A DNA stretch of 64,000 nt from Octopus sinensis. Lineage: Eukaryota. Below are positions 24,004 to 36,935 of this stretch, one piece after another. A program made the translations under genes and the position numbers. The stretch lies in the NCBI RefSeq assembly GCF_006345805.1, contig NC_042997.1, positions 59,396,001-59,460,000 of the forward strand, in the 5' to 3' direction. Position 1 is the first letter of the stretch. Each line of letters starts with the position of its first letter. The notes beneath the pieces are model-generated. The model had not been told where the DNA came from. It saw only the letters and a list, made by a program, of their open reading frames with translations, and did not search any database.

Positions 24004-24654
24004 ATGCTATTGACGTCTTTCTCGCCTTCAAAGCCATCACATAGCTATTGGATCATCCAATTACTGTCTAACCATGGCAATATATCAAACAGCATAACAT
24101 ACTCTTTCCTCTAGCAGTACAACACTCCTTCACTTTTAACCTCTCACCTATTGTTACATCAAATTAGCCAATAGGTCGGAGCTCTGCCAGTGTTATTAAA
24201 CCAAATACACCTCCCAGAGAATACGGGCTCAAACCTAGTCCGAGGTAACTAGCGTGAGTAAACCAAACCACCGCCCTAACCGTCATTCAATTAAAGTATA
24301 TGACTTCAAATTCTCTAAGTCTTTCCTCCATAGAGGCAAATTGCACTCAATCGCCTTCAAAGACAGAACACATTGGATACCGGCTGTAATCCTAGAGACA
24401 CTTTGAGGAGTACAAGAAGAACTGTATGTGTGGGTGTACACAACCGATTTCATTCAAATTTTACACATGCCTTACTTAGTGTCATTGACCAAAAAAATTC
24501 AACTTCTTGCCTAATGCGAGTCCAGAGCAATCCGTTATATCTTCCACTATTTCAGTATTACGTGTCAAAAGTGGAACAAGAATATCTCTCTATTGTAATG
24601 TCAGATACTTTCACTTTAATAGTTTCGCTATTAATACTGAAACTATTACCTCAC

Positions 24655-24716
24655 ATATATGCATACACACACATACATACATACATGTATATATATGTAT
24701 ACATGTATATGTATAG

Positions 24717-24776
<60 letters not shown>

Positions 24777-24792
24777 ACATGTATATGTATAG

Positions 24793-24827
<35 letters not shown>

Positions 24828-25065
24828 TTTATATAAGTATATATGTATGTATATATAAGTATAAATATATGCATGCATGTATATATGTGTATATATATGT
24901 GTACATATGAATATATATAGATGTATATGTAATATGTACACATATATACATGTATACATATATTTTATTCATACGTATATATATATATACATATCTACAA
25001 ACATATATAGAAACATATATACATATACAAACATATATCCATACATACACATACACACACATAGA
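24655..25065. repeat. (TA)n-rich compound microsatellite
   Basis: Seen directly. Confidence 0.95.
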
Positions 25066-25069
25066 TAGG

Positions 25070-25420
25070 TGCAGATGTGGCTGTGTGGTAAGAAACTTGG
25101 TTCCAAAGCACATTGTCCTGGGTTCAGTCACACTGTGTGGTAACTTGGCATGTGACTTCTGCTATAGCCTCAGACCAACCAAAGCCTTATAAGTGGATTT
25201 CGTAGACAGAAACCGAAAGAAATCAATCGTATATATGTGTTTGTGTCTGTGTTTCTCCTTCATAACTGCTTGACAACTGCTGTTGGTTTATTTACGTCCC
25301 CATAACTTACTGGTTTGACAAGAAGAGACTTGTAGAATAAGTACCCAGGCTAATCAAACTAAAAAAACAAAGCACTAGGGATGATTCATTCGACAAAAAT
25401 TCTTGAGGGTAGTGTCTCAT
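25070..25420 (+). mobile_element. SINE family A, diverged
   Basis: Collinear with 10338-10782. Confidence 0.8.
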
Positions 25421-25533
25421 ATTTTTCTTTACCCACTCAATTGTATCTATCAATCTATCTTCCTGTGTATGTATACACACACACACACATATACATGTAT
25501 GTATATGTGCATATATATATAAATATATACATA

Positions 25534-27091
25534 TCTATTATATAAAAGTCAATGTCTTTATGTGTGTTCGTGTGTTACTTATAGACTCGAAAACTACTGC
25601 ACCTATCCTAACGAAATTTGGAACACAAAATCCAAGCCTAGGGAGAAGGGTAATGCCGTATGTTTCATACAATTTCATGGACCAAAATTACTGAATCGAT
25701 CCTTATGATATTTGGAACTTAGATTCAATGCATATGGGTGGGTATAATGCAATATGTTTGGTTTGAATTTGAGGTGCTTCAAGGGGGTAACCCCCACCGC
25801 ATGAAAATTCATAAATTTCTGATGTGGATGAAATTTCAACCATAGGTAATTGACACACATCAAGAAATATTCCCAAAGTTTCCACTTCTCATGAGAATTC
25901 TAAGATCCCCTAATGAAGGCCCTAACTCCCAAATTTTAGTCATTTTTTATGATCCAAAACTAGGTCAAAAGTACTGAATGGATGTTTATGAAATTTGGAA
26001 ATTATATTCTATGCATAAGGACAGATATAATGCAGTACATGTTTGAAAGTGAGGTGGCATAAATGAGGCCATAACCCCCATGAAAATTTATATATTTTTG
26101 CTGTTGATGAAATTTTAACCATAGATATTAGACACAAATGAAGTAATATTCCTAAAATTTCAACTTCTTACAAGCCAGTAAGACCCCTTAATGGGGGTTT
26201 AACCACAACAATTTAGTAATTTTTCCTAAACCAAGATGAATACAATTGTAGTCTTGGAAGCTGTAGAGTCACCCGAGCATACAAGATGAGTGTTATTTGT
26301 AATTCAAGGTACAGCAGTGTAAGAGTTTGCTCTGAGATATACTTAGATTGTGATTTGGGCAATGTGGTGCATAAATTGTCAAGTAAAGGAGAGGCATCTT
26401 TGCCTCCACTGATTCAGATGCAAAGTGTTATTTTGAGTAAAAGTTATATGGTTGCAGACCTCCTTTGAGTCTTTTTAGTATCAGTGGGTCAGAGATAGTC
26501 CCCAGATGGTAACATTGATTTCAAGGCTTTCCCAGATAAGTGATTAGTCATTCAGAGAGGTTTATAGATTGCAAATTTATTCTATAAAGTTACCTATCAG
26601 CATAATGATCATTGGGAAACTCCAGAGGTGGCACTTTCATTTCCCCTTAGTCCTCATGTCACACAGTTGTTAATGTTTATTGGAGTTGGGTCATGCTCTT
26701 CCAATTGCTAGATATAAAACCCATGTTAAAAAAGATTCCCAACAATTCAACTTCTCTGGCTGACTTTAACCCCCACCCCCAATAGAGGCCTCATCTCCCA
26801 CATTTTAGAGTTCCATGTGCTCTAATTTTCAGGAGCAAAACCTTTGAATAGGTTTCATAAGATTTAGATTTTGGAATCTGGGCATAAAGATGAGTAGTAT
26901 GGGATAAATATGTCATGATTAGAATTTTTGTTAAGGTGTGTGAAGAGGGAAAGAACCCTCATTAAAATTCTTAATGTGCAATTTTGATGAAATTCCAATC
27001 ATAGGTATTCCAGTTCATTAGAGAAAATATAAAAGAAAAGTCTAATTCTTCAATTCCATGTGACATGGGCAAAGCTGGGTATCTTTGCTAG
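25534..27091 (+). mobile_element. Non-autonomous Helitron, family H2, with internal ~280-bp repeats
   Basis: A|TCTATTATATAAAAG start and GGGCAAAGCTGGGTATCTTTGCTAG|T end. Hairpin CCATGTGACATGG near the 3' end. Repeated GATGAAATT..AACCATAG motif near 25827, 26106 and 26986. Confidence 0.75.
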
Positions 27092-27107
27092 TATAATACA
27101 CACACAC

Positions 27108-27330
27108 TTTATTAAAGCTGCAAATTTATCACAAAACTGTTACTCAGAGTTTCACATTCCCATTTGTTGGACAGTTGTATTCATCAAAAGTGTCCGATGA
27201 ATGGGAACATGAAACTCTGAGTAACAGTTTTGTGATAATTTTGCAGCTTTAATAAAAGAATATTACTCTACCTTTAGTATTCGAGTACTATTTTTTCCCA
27301 CCTTGTTTTGCATTTATGTGTTTACTTGTG
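27108..27330. mobile_element. Inverted pseudo-LTR pair (149-bp palindrome at 27108-27256), each arm with an HH-B hammerhead motif
   Basis: Right arm GTGT-CCGATGA-ATG GGAA CAT-GAAA-CTCTGAG-TA-ACAG (27190-27227). Left arm is its reverse complement (27137-27174). Confidence 0.8.
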
Positions 27331-27464
27331 TGTGTGTCAGATGTGGGAGAATCAAAGCGGGGTGTGGGGCAAAAGATTGAGAAACCCTGTGTTAAAAATG
27401 TGGCGGATCATAGCTTGAACACTTTCAATCATCGTCTTGCTGAATCAGAACAGATCTTAGGCTA

Positions 27465-27465
<1 letters not shown>

Positions 27466-27500
<35 letters not shown>

Positions 27501-27501
27501 A
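27466..27501. repeat. (AAAG)n microsatellite
   Basis: Seen directly. Confidence 0.95.
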
Positions 27502-28699
27502 TAATAACAACAATAAACTAAGGGCTGTTGTATAAGCAACAACCTTCAGAGGTTAGGTTTGGTTAGGTTAAAGTTAAGGGATAAATCAATCAACCCAATT
27601 GTAAACCAGGTACGGTGCCTGTCATAGCTTATGATACGCATAATATAACGATCTGTTTCTTATCCAGACGAAGGCGTATTGCATTTCTGACAGAAAATTG
27701 ATGTGAATACATGTGTGTATTGTATGTGTGTGTGTATTGTGTGTGTGCACACGCGCATACATTTGAAAACAAGTAAGTATAAATATACACCAAAAAAAAA
27801 GAAAAAGAAAAGAAAATTATTCATGAAAGGTGTGTGGGAATAGAACAGAGTGTATGCGTGTGTGTGTGCATATTTGTATGTATGTGTGAAAGAGAGAAGG
27901 TAGGTAAACAAACAGAAATAGAAGCAAAAACAGTGAAAGGCACCTGGTTTTCTGTTTTTGTTCCTATTTCGTTTCTTCTTGTTTACTTACCTTCTTATAT
28001 ATATATATATGTGTGTGTGTGTATGAATACATACATACATACATACACACACACACAAGTGCATGAATACAAAGAAGAAAAAAAAAACCTGTTTCTGTAT
28101 TAGCAACGTCTCCTATTCTTCTGCAAGAAATCTTTATTTGTGTAAAGCTGCGCTTGATGTACAGTGGATAATATAGACGGTTTAGAAGCAAGGCTAATGA
28201 TAAACCAGTTCAGACTATTCATTAGCAACGCAAGATTGGGCTTCACGATATTATATTAACTTTCTAGTTTTCACAAAAGTAATTCATTGTAGAACCGCCA
28301 AATATTGCAGATTATCATCATTATTATCGAAAGCTTTCCTAACCGTATGCAATTCTCTCGCCACCCCTTACACACACTGTACATATTAGTTCTAGCTACT
28401 TTACAAACCTGCTACTTAAACTTTTATGCTTGAAGGCAAGCTTCAAACAGAGGTGGCTGGTTCAAATAATTCCGGTGTAGTGGCTAGAACTAATACAAAC
28501 AATACAATAGTTTACTCTAACCGAGTTATTTTAATATTGTGTGTGTGTGTGTGTGCACGCGCATAATTTTTAAAAAGATTTTCTTGAGCTCAAGGACACA
28601 TGTGGCTGACTAACCGGTTCCCAAGGCATATAAGTGACTGAGAACAGAATATTCCCTCTGAATGGGGTGCCGGTCCGTTACACAGTTCAAGTCACAGCA

Positions 28700-28890
28700 A
28701 TTTTGAGGTGGGGGGATAAGTGGATTACATCTCCTTCCCAATCGCTCAATACTACTTGACTGGTACCTTATTTTATCGACTCCGAAGGGATGAAAGATAA
28801 AGTTGAGTTCAATGATGGTTTTTGGATTCAGAACATAAAGAGCTGGAAAAAATACCGCTAAACATTTTTATCTGATGTGTTTAACGATTC
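28700..28890 (-). mobile_element. Decayed SINE family B-related element
   Basis: TGGTACCTTATTTTATCGACTCCGAAGGGATGAAAG is the reverse complement of the central domain. Confidence 0.7.
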
Positions 28891-29400
28891 TGCTTTGCAT
28901 CCGTGATTAGCCCTAGTCAAAAATCTAACTTCACTGATAAAAATAACGTTTTATTCAATAAATCATCCTCATCAAGAAAAAGGAGAAGGAGAAAGAGGTT
29001 GGTGACTTTTCTGGAACAATGCAACTCTTCTACGCTAGACATCCCAATTGGGTGATGCAACATGAACGTCTGGCTTTGATTTTAGTACCAAATTGCTCTT
29101 TTGCTAGCCATCTTCCCACGACTACAGATGGTAACAGTAGTTTGCAGACTGAACTAGTTGACCCTGGCCATTGACAGTTTGTTGTCAATTCATTCATCCA
29201 GCATCTTGTGATATTTGCCATTGATTCATTAAGTTCATTTGCCGAAATATTTCGCATTCATGGTTTCAACATACCCTGACAAGCAGTACTACTCTGGGTC
29301 AGAGTAGACCTGAGAACAATAGTGGCTAAAAGGTGGGTCCACACCCCTCAAAAGCTTGGAACTCCCAGACCAGGGTCTTGCTGCCAAATACAGTTTAAAG

Positions 29401-29520
29401 CATTAGTTCTCAGTTGGGGTCCATATGGACCCTGAGGGCCTGTATATGATTTTTGGGGACCTGTGCAACAAAATAATAAATTAGGGATCTACAATAGTAT
29501 TTTAAGAGCCCCTGAAAAGA
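29401..29520 (+). mobile_element. Partial hAT MITE, same family as 41844-42181
   Basis: Similar to the left part of 41844-41960. Confidence 0.6.
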
Positions 29521-29940
29521 ATGGCAAGGTGCACCATCGTGTTTTAGAGCAGGCACGAGTCAAATTTTTCGAGAAACGGACCACATGAAACATGGATCAT
29601 TATCAAATAAACCACACTACTAACAAGAAAAAAAAAACCCCAAAAAAACTCATAGTAAATTTTTGTTAGGTGTGCCATTCGGAAAGTCCCACGGGCTGAA
29701 GTTTGCCCATGACTGTATTTGAGTTTATGGCTATACCCTGAGAATTTAGCGAAGTACCAACTATTCCCCAAGTAGAAGTGGACTTCATATCAAAATAGAT
29801 GGGCCCTGGAAGATCCAGGCAAGTAAATACCCGGAATTTCACTATGAGTTTGAAGGATGATGAGTGGAAGAAACATTAAGTGCAGATTACTTAATGGATG
29901 CTTTTTATGATAAATATGTATATTTTATATATAAATATAT

Positions 29941-29976
<36 letters not shown>

Positions 29977-31399
29977 ACGTTATAGTTGCTTTATATTCAG
30001 CTACACGTGGTTGATTGCTCAAAAGGATTCACAGGAACCTGTTCCTTTTAACACTGGCTGAAGAAGCAAGTAACCAGCATACAGTAAATACACACATGCA
30101 GTAATACCCTGGTTAGCACTCTAGGCCCCTAAAAAATGTAGCGCTAAACAAAACATCACTAAACAGGAGCATTATAACATAGTATTAATAGAGAAACAAG
30201 ATATTTTTAACAGTGACACGAACACAAATGTATACGAAGACATCGCCAGATTTAGAGACTCAATGTCACACTATCCAAGTATTTACCAACTTAGCATAAT
30301 TTCACAGAGATAATATTAGAAAACGAGTTTAATAATGTTATCAAATGATTAAACAGGTTAAATCCATCAACTTCAATGACATGTAGGAAGATTTATTGTT
30401 AATTCCCATTAAAAGCAATGAGCAAATAGCTGAAGAGGCTAATTCTGGGAAAAATACCCAGGTTGTGGTTCTTTCTTGCACATTCAATGTTTTTCGAAGA
30501 ATGCATCTTATACCGACTGTATTTTCATTCTTTTGAGTTTTCTCTTACAAAGCAATTAACAGAGCAGGATGTCTAGAAATTCTCTATCTTTAAATATATA
30601 TTTCTACTCAGGGCTATTCTAGTGAAATGGAAAATGATTTCTGTAATTTTGGCTAATTCTTTCTAAGGAATTCAGTACTATGAATACTTTCTGGTATTAC
30701 TGGTACGGATAGGGTCTTTAGATTAATTTTGAAAGCATTGCGGAACTAGCTCATATTATTCTTCAGTTGATTAACTCTTAAACTGAAACTGTTAATTCTT
30801 GCAGATCTTTCACGCTGATATTTTATATTCTCCCTTCATAGACAAAGCGATGTCATTGATGACTGCTGGTACAATTTCTATGTATAATTCTAGAAAATTA
30901 TTGCATGCTTCTGGTTATAGCGTCTTCCAAGTTCTGTTAATGCAGTTGTTAGTTACTTTCCCCACCACACCACCCAAACACCATCACCGCCACCATCACC
31001 ACAACGCTGCTTTATCTATGACCTCCATGATAACCAGCACCTGGTAGATTGTTTATCTCAGCTATTTCTTCGATATGTTGTCTGAAAGTGTTATGAACTT
31101 AGGAAGCCTTATTATTAGAAATTACATTTTGATCCATAGTTTTGGCTTAAGGAATTGGTAATTTGGTTATAGATTACTTCGACAGGAATACAAGTTTGAA
31201 GAATGTCAAAATTCTGCTATGACCTGGAACATTATCTAACATCAACAATACCTGAGGTTCTACTTCATATCTTTTCACAGATGGGCAAGATTATGGAACA
31301 AACTACTCATGTGAAAATTTCTGTTATCACCCAAGCCTTCTAGTTTGAATTTTTCAAATCACAGGCTGATGTATTTTTGATATTCCATGCAGTGGAGGC

Positions 31400-31525
31400 T
31401 TAGTTGATTTTTGAGTTTATTAAACCAAACCCTGTTAGCTGTGAATGCTTCTGGTATCTCTTGAAGAAATTTGTCCAAGTATTGTCTGAAGGTGATGGGA
31501 TATGTTTCTTCTTTGATTTGTTTTA
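31400..31525 (-). pseudogene. CR1-like LINE 3' ORF remnant
   Basis: KQIKEETYPITFRQYLDKFLQEIP resembles the CR1 C-terminal FK..LDKFL..IPD motif. Confidence 0.55.
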
Positions 31526-32514
31526 ACACACACAAACATACATTCATTCATTCACACACGTGCACAAACATATGCATGCATAGATATACGTACATGCATT
31601 CACATATACATTCATGTAATTAGACACACACAAATATAATGCATGTTGTGTGTATGCGTGATGTGTATATGTGTTTATGAGCTAACAATTCAAAGTCTAT
31701 TATTGACCACCACCATCACCACTACCATCATAGTTACCAATGACCTCCAATACTACTACCTCAGTGTCTGTTAGTCAACTAACACCAAATAACAGTATTG
31801 GCATCATTAATCCACCTCCTAACCACCATACACCTATTTCCTTTCCTGTCCCACTGCTACCATAGATTAAAATGCTACAACAATCACCCATATCCCTAGC
31901 TCACTTCCTCCTTACTCTTTATGACTGACTTAGTTTCCAAATTTCTTTCGATATCAGAGTTACATTGATTCATTACCTCTACCATTCATAGTTGTCGTAC
32001 CTATGGCATTTATTTGCTCACCAATTCTCATCGCTATTCTAAAAAAAAAAAAACTAGAAATAAATAAAAGGCAGAATAAAAGAAAAAACAGCAATTATAA
32101 AACCGATTTTATAAAATCTCTTTCCTGCACTTGACACACTAATTTTATGAAATTTAATGGCTCTTGTAGATATTTATCTCATATTTTTACATATATTTTC
32201 GTAATAGGAGCTCTCCATTATTCCTATTGACTTGAATACAGATGTATGGGAAATAGAAGTTATGGTCCTCATGACTTTTTCGAGAGTTTTAGTGATGCAG
32301 TGATTAAGCAGTTCATTTCGCAATTGTGAGATCTTGGGTTCGTTGCCACTGTGTGAAATCTATGACAAATGTCTTTACCAAAGCCTTGGGTCAAACCAAA
32401 CCATGTGAATGAAAATGACTAAGTAACTGGAAATTGTGTGGAAGCCCATCTTGTAATTTAAAAGACTAGCATCGTTACATATGTCAACCTGATTTCAACT
32501 TATCCTTTTAAGCT

Positions 32515-32912
32515 TTTATTTCAGGTATTGGACTGCAGCCATGCTGGAGCACTGCCTTGAAGGGTTTAGTTGAACAAATTGACCTCAGTACTTCCTTTTT
32601 TTTAAAGCTTAGTATTTATTTTATTGGTTTCTTGCCAAACCCCAAGTTACGAAGACGTAAAAGAACCTAAAACCAGCTGTCAAGCAATGATGAGAGATAA
32701 ATGCACAAATACATATATATCTACAAACGTGCATGCATGCATACATACATGTATGCATACATACATAAATGCATGCGTGCATGCATGTATATACATACAT
32801 ATAAACCGGGTTTCATTTCAGCTGATATCTATCAAATCCATTCACAGGACTTTGGTCGGCCCGGGCTGTAGTAGAAAACATGCCCAAGGTGCCACACAGT
32901 GGGACTCAACCT
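32515..32912 (-). mobile_element. SINE family A, diverged (a further decayed + strand head lies at ~32290-32450)
   Basis: Collinear similarity to family A. Confidence 0.8.
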
Positions 32913-33065
32913 GGAAGGATGTGATTTGGGGATCTGATGATACACCATAAAGCTAAACCCTTTATGGATGGGAAACCTAAGGTAATCCCATAAACCAGTC
33001 TTCCCCAGTTTTAATATATACTACTCTACATCTTAGAATGAGCTTCTTCTTTTCAAGCTCTTAAT

Positions 33066-33234
33066 GATAGCATGTAAATATATGGTTTAAAAACCTGTTT
33101 GGATAGAAAAGTTGAAGGCTGCCCATGGGACACGAACCTACATCACTTATAGACATGACAAGCCTTCTACCCAGAGGCACCCTTCAATTTTTTTTATCCA
33201 AAAGAATTTTTCAACCCAATACTTACATGCTATT
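33066..33234. repeat. Imperfect ~60-bp-arm inverted repeat (MITE-like)
   Basis: ATAGCATGTAA...TTTGGATAGAAAAGTTGAAGG versus CCTTCAATTTTTTTATCCAAA...TTACATGCTAT. Confidence 0.65.
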
Positions 33235-35305
33235 ATTTGATTTCATGTTCTCTCCAAAGTTTATAAATTCTTATAACGTTTATAACATTTTACAGTAAAT
33301 TAATTGATTTTGCATAGCAACATATACCTAACTCAGTATCAGAGATTGAAACCCATAGGTAAATACATTAATTCTCTCTAAGGATATATATTTTAGTACA
33401 GCATCATAACTATTTATCTTAGGTAAGTCTCGACAAGGGCGTTAACTCCCCAAAGTTATTTTGGAACAATTCCCCAGTTGCACTTGTTTTGCAAATGATT
33501 TGATATGGGGCTTGCATTGTAAAGTCATTAAAACAACCAACTTACATTTTCTTTTACTTTTTATTAATTAGTAATAAACTGTAATAAGATATGTGATAAA
33601 CTATCAAAACCTTTCACACCTCCTTTACAACCTGGATACTGATAATGTATTACATGGTGTCCATATATACTGATTTTTATTCTTTAACCTCATGATGCAC
33701 AAAGTAAATTTTGTCGCATGCTTGTCAAAACTATATTACCAGACGATAAATACTATGTATTTTTGTCAGACGTCCAGAATTCTGTCTACCGTTCAGATTT
33801 TCTAACTTTAGAAATACTTTAAGGCACAAAAAACAAAAAATAAAAAAAAAACAAAGAAATATATATTACAAAATAAGTATAGAGTATCAATGCAAAAGTT
33901 GCTTTTAACATTTCTCTTTCCTCAATTAGTGTGTGAGTGTGACGTGGGTTGGTTTTGATGAAACACTGCCCATTGAAGTATCATTAGAGGAGGTTGAATG
34001 AGGACACAGATCAAATGAGGGCCTGTGGTTTGGATTGTGCTGGTGAGTAATAATCAATTTTAAATGTGGATTTCCGCATGTTTTTCAGCATGAAAATTAT
34101 AAATAGCTCTTGAATGGCTGACTTAATCCACTTAAAACTGTTGAGAATCAGTTTAATTAATTACAAAAAAAAACCAAAAAAACATTTTATTTTACTTTCT
34201 TTGCATGCTTGCATTTTATTTTTACTTTTCCTTTCGAGTAGATTTAATGTTAAAAAAAGTCCAGTTATTTCTGCTGAAGAACCAGACAAATTTATGTGCT
34301 ATACAAAAGGTTAAGGAGTATGCTTTTAATAAGAAAAGCAAAACTATATAAATTAGTGGTGAGAACAAAAATTTTCAGTTTTTCAGGCAAATAAGGTTTC
34401 TAATGAAACTATTTCTTGTCAAGTTATTTTCGAATAGATTAAACTCTCCAATGTATAATTTACATTTTAGTTACTTCCACATTACAGTCCAAGAACGAGT
34501 TGGTGAGATAACGAAAGATAGTCTACAAAGTGGTTTGCAACCTCTTCATTATCAAAATCCCTGCATCTTGTTAAATTTCTTCTAACTGCTTAAAGTTTTT
34601 TAAATTTTCACCAGAAATTTTTTTTTAATGTAGTTTTGCATGCTGATGATAAAAATTGCATTTATTTTTTCCAGAATTTAATCATAAAGAAGCTACAAGC
34701 ATTTAAAGTTAATTTTAGCAAATTGAAATGTCCACTGCCAACATATCGAAAGTCATAACTGTCTATTGTTATAGAAAGCAAAGACGACAAATGAAAATGA
34801 AACCTTTACACGGTCTCTCAACCTGCTAGAAATAACACCCAAATCTTTGTTAAACTACACCATAACATCTAGAAACCAAAAGAGCAACACATCATATAAA
34901 GTAGTTGGCAGGGTAATGGTCTTTTCGTTTGTAATTAGAGCACCAAGATATCGTAATATGGTCTTAAATTTATAATAGTACTAAATATATTTATTATATG
35001 TAATCATAAGCAATGCTGTGTATGTATTTGCTATTAATACATATGATGTGTTTAAAATTAATTTCTAGAGAAAATGAATGCTATTTTCTTCACCAGCATG
35101 CAAACAACATTAGAACTGCACTTAAAAGAATAATAATAATCTGGTGAAAGTTGGAAAAACTTCAGGTGGTTGGAAATTTAACAAGATCCAAGGCTCTTTT
35201 TTATCTAAATTAATTTTCACACAGACACCAGGGTTTTGAAAAGCCTGTCTACTGAATAAGCCAATTTTATTAACAACATAATTCATTTTCCTAGTTTTAT
35301 TTTTC

Positions 35306-35685
35306 AGGCATGGTTGTGTGGTAAGACGCTTCCTTACTATCCACATGATTCCAGATTGGGTTCAGTCCCACTGCATGGCACCTTATATAAATGTCTTCTA
35401 CTATAGCCTCAGGCCGATCAAAGCCTTGTGAGTGGATTTGGTAGATGGCAATTGAAAAAAGCCTGTTGTATACATGTCTGTGTGCTTATGTTTGTCCTCA
35501 ATCACCACTTAACAACTGATGTTGGTTTGTTTACATTCCTTGTAACTTAGCAGTTCTGCAATAAGAGACTGATAGAATAAGTACTAGGCTTTAAAAGGAA
35601 AAACAAGTATTGGGGTCAATTCATTTGACTAAAAGTTCTTCAAAGCAGTGCCCTAGCATGGTCACAGTCTAAAACCTGAAACAGA
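35306..35685 (+). mobile_element. SINE family A, CpG-decayed
   Basis: Collinear with 10338-10782. Confidence 0.85.
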
Positions 35686-36370
35686 TAATGTAAATATATG
35701 TATATATAATTATCTGTAACCAAATAATTGTACATTTTTCACTGCTGCCTTTTACAATTTGAACACAGTTCACAGACTCTGCTTTGGGAACTTTTAGTCA
35801 ATGCAATTGCTTCAACTGTTAGAAATAACAGCTAAAATCTCTCAAATTAGAACCTACTTTCTGAAAACAAGGAAAGACACTGGATAATGTAGTCTTAGAT
35901 ACACACAAAGCCTGAGTACTTGTAATTGGAATATCTTTGATCATGTATATGCTTGATTCAGAATCCAAGCTAAATGATTACTAGTCAAGAGTTGATCTGC
36001 ATTTTCAATCTTCTTATAGAGATACAATGAAAATTAACGATTCTTCTGAAGTAACCTATAATATAATTTGTTCACTGACAGGTGAGTAGTGGACTGATGG
36101 TGTACACAACAACCTGCAATATTATAATATATCCCTTATAAAAGTATCCTAGGTAAGAATGGAATTATAAGAGAAGATACATCCCACTTACTGCTAATTC
36201 ACTGGAAAGGTATAAAGTCACGGCTTCTATTATCAGTATGTCTCTATCCCTTTCATAAAATAGTAAAATGAGGAGAGAGAGAGAAAGAAAGAGAGATGTT
36301 CAAACAAACAAGCAAACCTTAGGTGGACATTATTTACATTTGACAGATATTTGTCCTCATCTTGTTTGTT

Positions 36371-36420
36371 GTTAACACAATGTTTCGGCTGATATACCCT
36401 CCAGCCTTCATCGGGTGTCT
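36371..36420 (-). ncRNA. Minimal hammerhead motif, family HH-A
   Basis: GACAC-CCGATGA-A-GGCTG...CAGCC-GAAA-CATT-GTGTT, with point decay relative to the family consensus. Confidence 0.7.
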
Positions 36421-36482
36421 GGGTTCTCATTCCTAAGATATTTTTTGATGTTATTATTTATTCTTCTTTTTATTATTATTCA

Positions 36483-36555
36483 TGTTACTGCTTGGAATTG
36501 AACTCAGAATCTTGGGGTTAGTAGCCCACACTCTTAACCACTATGCCATATGCCT
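36483..36555 (-). other. tRNA-like module inside Penelope 3' region/pLTR
   Basis: TGGCATAGTGGTTAAGAG A-box, anticodon loop CT-ACT-AA and GAGTTCAATTCC B-box. Confidence 0.75.
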
Positions 36556-36889
36556 GTGGACAATTATGGAGTGAATTTTAGGGCTTATAAATCTAATATT
36601 TTCCTATCCTTCCTTAATATTGGTCCCATATACTATTCATATCTGCACTCGGCCTACTTAGGAGGTTGTGCCCTAGCAAATGTGCTGCTTCTTTAAGTTT
36701 TAGTATCTTCTAGCAATTGCTCTCTTTACACTGAATGGATGGTGGGAACTGAAGTTCAGGTACCGTTCAGTTGAGGTTGGCTTGCGGTATATGGATGTCC
36801 TGAATCCATACTTGGTGCGTGCTATTAATATCTACAGCATTAATATGTAGCATTCCTGGAATGAGAACCCAGGTTCGAAATTTCCCCAA

Positions 36890-36935
36890 GACACCTGATG
36901 AAGGCTGGAGGGTATATCAGCTGAAATGTTGTGTT
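36890..36935 (+). ncRNA. Minimal hammerhead motif, family HH-A
   Basis: GACAC-CTGATGA-A-GGCTG...CAGCT-GAAA-TGTT-GTGTT. Core intact, with two CpG-type changes in the stems. Confidence 0.75.

Noticed and set aside
30200-30950. Possible ancient LINE remnant on the minus strand
   Set aside because: Too decayed to support with any continuous motif.
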